The notes beneath the pieces were generated by a model, which saw only the letters and a program-made list of their open reading frames with translations, was not told the DNA's origin and did no database searches. The translations under genes and the position numbers were made by a program. Below are positions 38,401 to 50,133 of a stretch of DNA of 64,000 bases, piece by piece (within the stretch, counting starts at the first letter, position 1; each line of letters begins with the position of its first letter). This DNA is from Anthoceros angustus. Its lineage: Eukaryota > Plantae > Anthocerotophyta. The DNA is taken from the NCBI GenBank assembly GCA_010909165.1, contig MU008206.1, positions 186,001 to 250,000 on the forward strand, read 5' to 3'.

Positions 38401-40271
38401 TCTGCAACCTGCTCATGCGAAAATACGGACGGGGACTTAAGAAGTTGCCAACTTGCAATTGCCCGTGCATGTGGCCCGGACATACCCAAACGCACACACC
38501 ACGACGGGCTGTGGAGCAATACTGGCAAATGAGTCTGCGCAGGTGACAGAAAGCAACGAAGAAGGCCAGTTGGAATTGATAAAAACCTTCTGCTCGAGAG
38601 TGCTCTGATGGGTTGCAATTTGGTCAGCCATGCTGTTGAAAGTATGTCGAAGCTCGTCAATCTCATCCCTGAACCACACCCTGTCATCCTTGACTCGTGC
38701 ACTCATATCACCGCGTCCAAGAGCGGCTGCAACTAGTGATAGATCGAGGATAGGAGAGATGAAGAGCTGTCCAGAGCAAACGGCGCAAACCAACACCCGT
38801 CATTGTCTGAGCATTGCTGTAAACAGTAGGTGCTTCATAATCCAGAGGGGCCATCGAGTAGCACAGTACCCTGGACACGAGCAGAGAACAGAGAACGCCG
38901 AAGGCAACAGTGGCAGCCACGATGATCAATATGGACGATCGTAAATTCTCCACCGGTTGAAAAGCCTCGTTGTAGTTCATCTTGGCTTGCACTCCTGCAA
39001 GCACACGAGTCTCCACTTTCAGCTTGCACACGTTGGAAAGCTGAGACACAAGGAAGGAAGGTGGGTGTGCAAAATACATACCCCAGCCTGTGGACTCCAT
39101 GGGAGAGTATGCAACCACAACCTTAACGCCCCTGTAGTCCCGCTGAAGCATAAACCCAGTCTGGTTCATAAATGCGTATTTCATCGCAGGTGACAAGCGT
39201 ATGACTGATATATCGGGCTGCAACTTAGGCGGCAGCAGCAGGCGGGCAGAAGTGTCGTTGTGAGCCACCCCGACCAAGAGCTCCCCTGTTTTCTGCAGCC
39301 CCGTGGAATCATTCACCAGAACCTGCAACGTGGAGGCATTCACCCACGAGACCAGGGTTCCTACAACCGTGCTCCCCTGCCAGGATTGATGAGCAAGCAA
39401 GGGCGGTGTGTCAAAGGGAGTGTCCAATGCCAGCAGGGCACGGCTACAGGCTGCAAGCGAAATTAAAGGAAGAAGAGACTGACCCGGATCATCGCCCTGC
39501 TTATGTTATAAATCCAGCTGCCTCCGCTGCGCTGCGGGAGAGACAGCTGCGGGACACCTGCAGCCAAGACCTGCAGCTCCGGGGCCGACAATGCCGGCGG
39601 GTACGCCATGGCGTCGGTGGAAAACGCCAGACTCCCCGCGCCGTCGTACACTGCCGCGTTCTCAATTCCCGCAATGGAGGTGACCGCCGCCTGGAGGTCC
39701 GCCAGGGCCGCCTGCTCCGTCACGTTCTGCTGGCCTTGCAGGAAATCCAGAATGAGAACTCTGTTGGCGATGAGATCCATGCGCTCCCGCTCCCCGGACA
39801 CGTAGAAATCCAGCTGCTCCCGCCGCAGGATTGCCACCGTGGTGAGCCTCCTCCCGATTTCCCTCACCAGCTCCCGGTCCGCGTAGCGCCACATGACGAG
39901 CCCCATCACGCCCGTGGACACCACCACCTGCGAGACAGCCATGGCCAGCCCGTGCATCAGAATCAGAATCAGAATCAGAGCGGAGCGGTGCGGTGCGGTG
40001 CGGTGCGAATGAAGAATTATTTGCAGCATCGGGCGGAGGCGGAGGCGGAGGCGGAGGCGGAGGGAAGCGCACCAGCAACACCACCACGAGCGACAGCTTC
40101 ACCCAGAAGCTGGCGCCGATGCACCTCCTCCTCCGGGCGGCTGCGCCCGCCGCCACCCTGGGTCGGCCGCGGGGAGAGCGCACCACCGGACTCCACATCC
40201 TCCGCAAGCAGGGGCCCCGCGCAGCGGTCCTCCCCCACCCGGGCGCCGCCCAGCTCCGGGGAGCGGGACAT
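35406..40271 (-). CDS. Membrane-bound hybrid histidine kinase: TM-Cache-like-TM-HAMP-HisKA-HATPase-REC-REC, many introns; exact start uncertain
   Basis: TM1 [12 protein letters not shown]|[13 protein letters not shown]. Cache-like [10 protein letters not shown]...[13 protein letters not shown]...[23 protein letters not shown]-box [22 protein letters not shown]-box [27 protein letters not shown] and [11 protein letters not shown]1 [13 protein letters not shown]2 [11 protein letters not shown]...LVLMD..MPVLDG...AMTAHA...SKP. Confidence 0.93.
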
Positions 40272-40425
40272 GGCGGATCCTGGGTCCCGTACCTCTCAGG
40301 CGCCGCCCCAGCTGCTCCCGCTCCTCCCTCTGCCTGCAGGCCGGCTGGGCGAGCAGGCGGACATGGCGCGGACCGGGGGCAGCGCAGCACAGCACGAATT
40401 GGGCGCGCCCAGCTGACCAATCTGT

Positions 40426-41097
40426 CAGCCTAGCCTAGCCTGGCCTAGCCTAGCCTGGCCTGGCCTAGCCTAGCCTGGCCTGGCCTAGCCTAGCCTAGCC
40501 TAGCCTAGCCTAGCCTAGCCTAGCCTGGCCTAGCCTAGCCCAGCCTAGCCTGGCCTAGCCTAGACTAGCCTGCGGGCAAGCCCACAAGTGCGACCATGGG
40601 CTGCTAGCAGACGCGTCCAGCAGGGTTGTTGAAGCTGCGGCCTGCGAAGGGCGGCAGGCAGGAGCTGCAGCGAAGCCCAGGGGGAAAGCAGGAAGCAAGG
40701 CGAGTAGAGGGAAGGCGACAAAGGCAAAAGGCAAAAAGCGAGGGCAGAGGGAGACAGGGAGGGAGCACCGCCGAAGTGCGTGTGGGCGTGCAGGCGTGCA
40801 GGCCAGAGACGCTGACGCTGACGCTGCCTACCCCAGGGGGCCCAGATTATCGAATTACGGGGCAGCGGGAAGATTGTGTTAATAAGGGGGAGGTGTGCAG
40901 AAATCAGGAACCGGGGATGACAATACGTTCGTGTGCTGTGTGTTGTCGGCGGGATTTTGCGGGAGCGGGAGCGGGAGCGGGAGCAGGAGCAGGAGCCGGA
41001 GCAGGAGCGGGAGCGCAAGGTCAGCAACTTGCCTCTTCCTCTCTCTCAACACACGCACAGGGTCCAATAATTCACCACCACAGGCTGTGGCTGGCTG

Positions 41098-41134
<37 letters not shown>

Positions 41135-41135
41135 C
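40426..41135. repeat. Microsatellites upstream of the kinase
   Basis: (CCTAG/CCTGG)n near 40426-40572, (GGAGCR)n near 40961-41015 and (GGCTCT)n near 41097-41135, all seen directly. Confidence 0.9.
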
Positions 41136-41175
41136 TGCGATGCGGCCGTAATGCTATGCTCCCTAATTGTTTGCG

Positions 41176-44100
41176 ATAATCCAGCCTAATCGCCTAATCC
41201 AGAGCAGTGCAGCGTGTCACTCCCGGTTACGCCCATCCGTAACATCCAGCCCAGTTTGCCCCGTTTTCGCTTATCTGCCCTGTGATGACGCCGCAACAAC
41301 ATGCCACGTGCTCCGCCCTGGCCCTTGGCCCCTGGCCCGACAACACAACACACTCCGTTTTCTGCTGATTCTGTGGCTGCGACTCCGACTCCGCCTCCCA
41401 CCCCGACCCCGACACCGACCGGTCAAATATATGTATGTACATTCGCATTCCCATCTCCTGCGCACTTACCGAGATATACCCTGCCCCTGCCCCTGCCCCC
41501 GCGCCTGCCCCTGTCCCTGCTGCCGTTGCCCGTTGCCGTCAACATCATCCACCTTTTGTTCCTCTACTACTTGCACGGCTCGTACGTGGAGGGAAATACT
41601 GTATTTCAACTACACGCTCACACCTCGTCACTTACATGTACATCCTGTATGTATATCTATATATATAATAAGCTTGATTATAATCATAAACTTAGGATAA
41701 TGAATCACAAAAGAAGAGCCTCTAGTAACTTGTCAATTATAGTGGTATAGCCCAAGGAGAAGGACGTGGAAGGGCTCTTGACACTTACATGCCTTAGTAG
41801 CATAGTATGGAGGATAGAAGGCTCTTGACACTTGTATGCCTCCACATAAATAGAAGGATCTAGATACTGTGAGGATCATAGAAGTTGCATCTCCACCTCA
41901 TATACCATTGCCAAGTAGAGGGAAGAACCTACATATGTACCTTTGGGTAATAGAAGTCGTGTCTCTGCATATGATTTCATAGCCATGGAAGGGTCTATAC
42001 ATATGGGTCAAATCCTCTAAGTTGCATCTTTTATTGTCACCTTACCAAGCCCGTAAGTTAATTACCATAACTTATTGATTAAGTTGCCTTACAAGGGCAA
42101 CTTTAAGCGTCAAGATCCGTTCACATAAAAACCGAGCGATAGTTTAGATCTTGAAACAACACAACGTAGGTTCCACAATTACCATGTCACTCAAGCTCAA
42201 ATTGTTTGCCAGCCAAAACACTTTCAAACACTAGCCTCTTGAAGCATAGCCAACTTAAACCCCAAGTTCGTATAACTTATGGCGAGCAGATTGTATGGAG
42301 TTATAGTAGGAAAATATATCATATTATTTCACTTTCATTACATATTCTCCCACCATCTCGTACCACATTCTATGCTACGCTTTTTCCTTTCCTCCTCTCT
42401 TCTAAATAACCTATTTTATAATAAAATATTAATTAATGTAGTTTATATGTAATAAAATATATAATAATTATATATAGTTCATAAATGATATTAATAATAT
42501 TAAACTGACATTTAAATATATCTAAAACATGTCTGCTCAATCCAACATCTTGATAGGACAATAAGTATTTCAAGGTTCACAAGTGTGAGATCATATTACC
42601 ATATTCGCTACGTCTCTTACCGGTATAGACTACATAGATGGACAAACTGGCAGCTAGCACGTGTTGTGCAAGATGTCATGTTGCGTTTTACTAAGGAACG
42701 GGGTGTGTTTCAATGTAATACACACGAGTTCTGGCTTGCGACCTAAAACGATGGAAAAGAACCCATTCAACAGCTTGCGACGCCTTTCCGTTTGCACGGA
42801 CTACAGGGTTTCACAGATTCCATTTGCGCGAAGTTTTGCACAATTAATGGGCCGACATTGCTGTCTTTCAAATTTCAAGGAATAATCCAGCCTAATCGCC
42901 TAATCCAGAGCAGTGCAGCGTGTCACTCCCGGTTACGCCCATCCGTAACATCCAGCCCAGTTTGCCCCGTTTCGCTTATCTGCCCTGTGATGACGCCGCA
43001 ACAACATGCCACGTGCTCCGCCCTGGCCCTTGGCCCCTGGCCCGACAACACAACACACTCCGTTTTCTGCTGATTCTGTGGCTGCGACCTGACTCCGCCT
43101 CCCACCCCGACCCCGACACCGACCGGTCAAATATATGTATGTACATTCGCATTCCCATCTCCTGCGCACTTACCGAGATATACCCTGCCCCTGCCCCTGC
43201 CCCGCGCCTGCCCTGTCCCTGCCGTTGCCCGTTGCCGTCAACATCATCCACCTTTGTTCCTCTACTACTTGCACGGCTCGTACGTGGAGGGAAATACTGT
43301 ATTTCAACTACGCTCACACCTCGTCACTTACATGTACATCCTGTATGTATATCTATATATATAATAAGCTTGATTATAATCATAAACTTAGGATAATGAA
43401 TCACAAAAGAAGAGCCTCTAGTAACTTGTCAATTATAGTGGTATAGCCCAAGGAGAAGGACGTGGAAGGGCTCTTGACACTTACATGCCTTAGTAGCATA
43501 GTATGGAGGATAGAAGGCTCTTGACACTTGTATGCCTCCACATAAATAGAAGGATCTAGATCGTGAGGATCATAGAAGTTGCATCTCCACCTCATATACC
43601 ATTGCCAAGTAGAGGAAGAACCTACATATGTACCTTTGGGTAATAGAAGTCGTGTCTGCATATGATTCATAGCCATGGAAGGGTCTATACATATGGGTCA
43701 AATCCTCTAAGTTGCATCTTTTATTGTCACCTTACCAAGCCCGTAAGTTAATTACCATAACTTATTGATTAAGTTGCCTTACAAGGGCAACTTTAAGCGT
43801 CAAGATCCGTTCACATAAAAACCGAGCGATAGTTTAGATCTTGAAACAACACAACGTAGGTTCCACAATTACCATGTCAGCTCAAGCTCAAATTGTTTGC
43901 CAGCCAAAACACTTTCAAACACTAGCCTCTTGAAGCATAGCCAACTTAAACCCCAAGTTCGTATAACTTATGGCGAGCAGATTGTATGGAGTTATAGTAG
44001 GAAAATATATCATATTATTTCACTTTCATTACATATTCTCCCACCATCTCGTACCACATTCTATGCTACGCTTTTTTTCCTTTCCTCCCTCTCTTCTAAA

Positions 44101-44576
44101 TAACCTATTTTATAATAAAATATTAATTAATGTAGTTTATATGTAATAAATATATAATAATTATATATAGTTCATAAATGATATTAATAATATTAAACTG
44201 ACATTTAAATATATCTAAAACATGTCTGCTCAATCCAACATCTTGATAGGACAATAAGTATTTCAAGGTTCACAAGTGTGAGATCATATTACCATATTCG
44301 CTACGTCTCTTACCGGTATAGACTACATAGATGGACAAACTGGCAGCTAGCACGTGTTGTGCAAGATGTCATGTTGCGTTTTTACTAAGGAACGGGGTGT
44401 GTTTCAATGTAATACACACGAGTTCTGGCTTGCGACCTAAAAACGATGGAAAAGAACCCATTCAACAGCTTGCGACGCCTTTCCGTTTGCACGGACTACA
44501 GGGTTTCACAGATTCCATTTGCGCGAAGTTTTGCACAATTAATGGGCCGACATTGCTGTCTTTCAAATTTCAAGGA
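41176..44576. repeat. Direct tandem duplication of about 1.7 kb (41176-42881 / 42882-44576), non-coding
   Basis: ataatccagcctaatcgcc recurs at 41176 and 42882. The copies differ mostly by 1-bp indels. Confidence 0.92.
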
Positions 44577-44817
44577 ATAAATGTATTTACAATTGTCACA
44601 CATTCTACGAAACCAAATCTGTCAAGTGGTACATCCTCTGCAAAGGGATGCCAATTCAACAACCCTGACGAGACCGAAGAACGAAGCACAGCGCGCGGGC
44701 CAGGGCACCGGTGGCTGCCTCACCCTGAACGACGTGTGATCCCGCAGCCTCCCTGTAGGCGGCAGATGTACCTTGCAAGCAATCCCAAAGGACCTTGCTC
44801 CAAGGAGGATGATTATG

Positions 44818-45507
44818 CTAACCAACGGCGCCTGTGTCGGGGCCAGGGAGCCGCAGTTCATGCACCCAGGCACTCGAGGTCAAGGATTCCCGGGAGGCAC
44901 CTCTGTGCAGAAACACAGAGGAACACTGCGCGAAGGCCGGCCTGTCTTTGGAAGCATCATCCACATCCTTCCCCAACCCTGTAACCCTCTGGAACGCGAA
45001 ATGAAGGCACTTGGAAAAGGAGATCCAGCAGGCAAGCTGGTACAGCAGGCCCAAGGCATCTCTTCCCTCTTCCCATCGCCTGCCCTCGTCGTTCCAGCTC
45101 TCACCCCACGGATCCCATCGTCCCCCGTTATCACCACCGCCCCATCCGCCCGTGCCCCCGTAAGAAGCGCCATCGTCCCTGCCGTCGGAGCCGTCGCCCC
45201 CACGCCCTCCCCGGGAGTACCTCCGCCTGGTGCTCCTTCCCTTCACCACTAGGGTTCGGGGAGCCAGCTTGTAGGAGTTGTTCCGAACCGGAGGAGGTGC
45301 AACAGCGTCTTCCACTGGCGCACTCAGAAAGCTCACTTCCAATATCCCAATTCCACACATCACCGAGATCCCTAACACCTTGGAATGCTGCACGGGCAGA
45401 CGGAGCCCCTGCAGGGCCCATTCCGTGCAAGTGCTGCGCATCCGGGGGACATACACATGCACCAGACTCGCGACTGCAACCATGGCATCTCCCAAAATCT
45501 GAGCCAT
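44818..45507 (-). CDS. Conserved plant protein of unknown function (Arg/Gly-rich linker plus C-terminal hydrophobic motif)
   Basis: Single open frame from MAQILG, with RSTRRRYSRGGRGGDG...WNDE...LYQLACWISFSKCLHFAFQRV. This resembles a plant uncharacterised family motif recalled from memory, not searched. Confidence 0.6.
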   Translation of the reverse strand: MAQILGDAMVAVASLVHVYVPRMRSTCTEWALQGLRLPVQHSKVLGISVMCGIGILEVSFLSAPVEDAVAPPPVRNNSYKLAPRTLVVKGRSTRRRYSRGGRGGDGSDGRDDGASYGGTGGWGGGDNGGRWDPWGESWNDEGRRWEEGRDALGLLYQLACWISFSKCLHFAFQRVTGLGKDVDDASKDRPAFAQCSSVFLHRGASRESLTSSAWVHELRLPGPDTGAVG

Positions 45508-46147
45508 CGCCACCAACTGAACATGCAGCACTGAGCACGCACCGCAGCAGGAGGAGGACAACGGAAACGAGAGAACCCCGCTTCCGCCGTCCTTCACCTT
45601 TGCTGTAGGCTACCACATGGTGGCAAATACTGTGCCGCGCGCTCCTGACGCACAATCGACTAACACACGAGTGCAATTGCGCTATGGGAGGGCAACGCCA
45701 CCACCACCATGTGCCCCAGCTACAATTTGCGCTCCCAAACAATTCTGACCACTTCCCTCTCTGCGGACCGAATACACGTCCCGCAGGTCGTGGTTCCTGG
45801 TGCACCGGGAGCAGCTGATGACGAAGCTGCCAGACAATATCTCAGATTCTCTCTTCAACTTCACACTCCCGGTGTTAAATTGAAATAAGCGCAGAATTAC
45901 ACGTTCAAAGAATATACGTAGGGACTAGGGGGCCGAGGAGGGGTGATGAGGTAGAGCCAAAACAAGAGACGGTCTACTGTCAGGACTCACGACCTGCTAC
46001 AGGTGTATGTGCTGTGCACACTAAGGTAGTACTGTACATCTATTGTAGGTAACCACTAACTAATGAATACTCCTCCAGCCAGAAATGTGGCGACACCCAT
46101 TCTGTGCACTACCTTTGTCAAGGCGGCTATTCGGGTAGGCTGCAGCG

Positions 46148-48552
46148 CTAATAAGCTGCGTGCAGCAAGTTCTGAGTGTTTGGCAGGCCAGCGACAACGC
46201 TACCCTCGATGCCACAGTCATTGATGCCGCGAATCATGCGGAAGTAACCGTTCTGTTCCACAACAAACAACAAATCAGGCTCCCACAGCCGTACAAGCGT
46301 CGACACTCCACGAACCAACACACCTGCCACGGGAAAGACTATGACATACCTCCCCCCAGTTCTTGTTCCAGGAGTTCACCAATAGCTGCACATCGAACTC
46401 TCTCAAGTCAGTGGAAGCAAAGCATTGGAACACGCCCAGCTAAAGGAGGTCCAGGCCAAGCAAGGACTTACCCAGTAGTCAATACCATCATCAGTGGTAC
46501 CCCAACCAATGAGCTTCACAGCATGGCCTCCAGATACCTGCCCGTACAGATGCTTGTATACCCCTGATTCATAATGTGCAAAATCCTGCACCCATAACCA
46601 TGGAAAGGAAGTCCTTAGAGCCCTTTTCTCACAACTGCAGAATCCCTTCCATGACATTGCCGATCTACAGCCAGAGATAGGTGAGCAGAATACCTCGTAC
46701 ACAATGAAGGACACTTCAACTGGACCGTTTTGGTAAATCTCTGCCATGATATCCCGAGGGTTGGATGACACGCCGTACACACTCACGCCATAGTGCTTGG
46801 AGTCCGACCAAACTTCATCGTTCACACACTCCCTAACACACTTTGGTGTCTCGTAGACGGGTGAGCAGCCTGGATGTCCACATCCAGTTGCATCAAAGTA
46901 GGGGTTGCACTGGCCACACAGTTGATCGATCAGAATCCTGCTTCTAATCGATTCACAATTGCCAAGGGAGAAGCCTTCTTCCTTCGCAATTGTCCACTAA
47001 ACCTGTCAGATCCAAATCAGGTAGTATAATCTGGTTAAACCCTTACCTCGGAAGTCACAACGCCCGTTCGCTGGAAGTATTGCCAGGCCTTGTACGGATA
47101 CCCGCCATTGCAACCAAAACCGCATTCGAAGCCACAGCAGGAAAGCAGATCATTCTCCGACAGTGTTACTGTCTGCATAAACCTCAAGGATAAAGGTATA
47201 AGAATCCACCTATTGTTGCAACTAAACAACAACACATGTGAGCATGCCAAGGTCACCGATATCAGACCCTGTCCAAAACTTGCCTTCTCCCAAGAGATAA
47301 CTTACAACATTAGCAACAGTGCAGAATCGATCTGTTAGGGATTCCACGGCTCCGAACGCCCAGCATGACCCACAATGACCCTGAGAAACCGCAATCCAGA
47401 AAAACATTCCGGCAGGAATGAACACGGAGCACAAACGAGGAGAGCGAACGAGAAAAGCTCTTGAAGAGTAGGAAAGGGCAGATGAAGTGATGACGCATCC
47501 GTACCTGGTCTGGACCACGTAGCAGATTCGAGGAGGGCCATCAGAAGAAAAGGAACAACAGTGTTAGCCAACACAGAATCTCGACGGAGGAAAGCTCACA
47601 AGCAAAGAACCAGACATGAAAGCCCTTGAGGACAAGTCACCCACCCAGAATGGTAGAAATAGTCGAACAATGAGGCCAGGCCTCCCGAGAATCAAAGAAA
47701 TTTGGCAGCTCCAGGTCCTTGGGAAAAGTGCGCACAGGAATAGAGGGCTCAAGGCTGTTGACAGGGGTTATCAGGCTACCGCACAGCCTCTTCAAGTCTT
47801 TCAACTGTCAGTCAACAAGATTCAGCATCCCTTCCTACCCCAACCAGTGAGACAGCTGCCTCACTTCACTTCTCATGCAGGGGGAAGCCACTCAGGTCAG
47901 TCCATGACTTTACCTTGGCACCCTCGAAACGAGCATTCATACTCGCTTTCCAGCCAGCATTCTTATTGCTGTTCACTCGATCCACAATCGATTGCTGCGA
48001 AAGAGTCACCAGGCTTAAAACTGCGACAAGCTCAGAAACGACTAGGTTTGTCCAACAGGTCACACAACAAATGCTGGAGGTAACAAACCTGAAGCACCGG
48101 CGCCTCATCGTCGAGCAAACCAGGCTCCGGCCGAGCGGCCTGCCACCACAAAGAGACAGAATTCAGGACAATAAACTCCGAAACGTAAATCCGCATCCTG
48201 GCAACAGTCTAACCACTCGATTAGGCGACATTTCTCACTACCAAGACACAGGCGGTTCCACTCGACGAGTCCGCAATCAACACAGAGTGAAGACTTAAAA
48301 TTGACAATTGACAAGGTCACAGTTTGAAACGGAGACAAGCCAAATGCGGTGACGCCAGGATTTAAACATCCAAACTACAGGATCGTGGGAAAAAACACCA
48401 TGTTCTCATCTAACTCAGCGGTGACACGAAGGATTCATTCGAGACAAGCAAAGTAAGTGTGCAATCTGAGGCCCTGCCTGAGCTGAAAGAGCCAGGGACA
48501 GCGCCAGCAGCAGCAACAGCAGCGCAAAGAGGCCAGCAGCTGGGAGAGCCAT
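46148..48552 (-). CDS. CTSB: Cathepsin B-like cysteine protease (papain family C1A), multi-exon
   Basis: Signal peptide [25 protein letters not shown] and propeptide [18 protein letters not shown]. Then [16 protein letters not shown]|[13 protein letters not shown] (catalytic Cys), [18 protein letters not shown] (catalytic His) and [15 protein letters not shown]. Confidence 0.96.
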
Positions 48553-50133
48553 CGTTGCAGCCGCACACAGTCACTCCTCGCAATGAGACACCGAGGAGGA
48601 CGGGAGCGGTGCAAAAATATCTCGTGAAGACTGATCTTCGTCTCCCTGTCTGATGCGTTCCTACGAGGTTCATTAGGTAGCCTGATTCATGCCTTTCATA
48701 ATGCTCGCACGATACCATCCTTCAAAAACAGAAAGACCCGTTTGCACCTTCCGACGAAGTTCCCGGGATGTTCGTCCACACCCTTCTAAACACGCAGATA
48801 AATTCTTTCTTTCTTCCATGTTTAGTGGACGTATTTCCGTTTCAGTCTCCTTCCGGTTATCCACTGTTCTACGGACCGCAATGTGTGGAGTTGTTGTCGG
48901 ATGAAGTTCAGCAAACGAGGGTAGATCTATGGAAACAACGATGGGACTCCGAGATGCTCTGAGAGAAAAGGCACTTCCACTTGGCCCTGATTCTGCTCTG
49001 TTACAGCCATGTCTGGTGCAAACGGCGTGCAATCTGGCGGAAGAGGAGCCCCAATTTGGGCTTTGATTACTGTAAACTTACGGTGAGGTGATCTTCCATC
49101 CCAAATTGCGATAGACCCGGTCACACAGTGATCTAAAGGCGGCCGCCGCGGGGGGCGGTGGATTCTTGCACCGCTACCACTTCGCCTCCGGAGCAAGCGG
49201 CGCCCACAGAGCGGGGGTTTTGTCGGATCTTGTTTGTCGCAAGGTCTCTGGGACTCTGGGAATTCTCTGGGGTTAAAATTGACAAGGTCACATTATGTTT
49301 GTCTCAAGCCAAATGCGATGAAGCCAGGATTTCAACATCCACAGGACAAGATCGTGGGGAAAAACACCATGTTCTCATCTAACTCAGCGGTGACAATAAG
49401 AATTTATTCAAGAGCTATAGCCTGTGAAGAGTGCACTTCCCCTGAGACACAGAAACGGTGAGGGAAACGCGTGTTACCATCGATCAAGTTTCATCATACA
49501 GGATCCGGGAGTTTGCACCCCAGATAAAATCCCCAAATAAAATTCCCAATCCCAGAACCGTCCGCAAACCCCCTTTCCTTCCCTCCCCCACCGTATCGCT
49601 TTCAATCCAACAACGAAAGGGAAATGGGCTCTCTAGAAGCTCAGGCTAACGAAAGGCTCACAGCTAAGGTTAGTGATGAGATTAATCCCGTATACATACT
49701 CTTCATGCAGTGAAGCAAGAGACATGGGTATCAAGTCTATCCAGGCTGCACACCTTCAGCGGTGTCCTGAAGAGGTCAGAAGGGAGGTCCGCACTGTTGC
49801 AGCCCAAGTGGATGGTAATGTCCATGAGCTGGGCTCATATGTCAAGAAACCCTAGCTTCGGACGATGTGACTACAGAAAGTTTGACCAGTGGCTATGGGG
49901 CGCATGCTCCTTCCAAACTCTCAAGAATTGACATGCTCATCCGTGGCTTCAAGTCTGGGTCGTGAGAAGAGAGCGCAACAGAGCTGCCACATCCGGGCCT
50001 TGCTATGGCCAAACTACAGTGTTCATCGTATTGAGAAAGGCATCTGTACATACCCGACAAAACAAGTCTCACAGTTCCGTTTTCTCAGCAGCGACCCTCT
50101 CCTACCGCCCTTCTCTAAAGCTATCTACAGCTT

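Noticed and set aside
35406-40271. Bacterial contamination as the source of the histidine kinase
   Set aside because: The gene has many spliceosomal introns and is flanked by plant genes.
39406-41750. Multiple long ORFs overlapping the kinase 5' end and upstream SSRs
   Set aside because: They are shadow frames or microsatellite translations with no domain signal.
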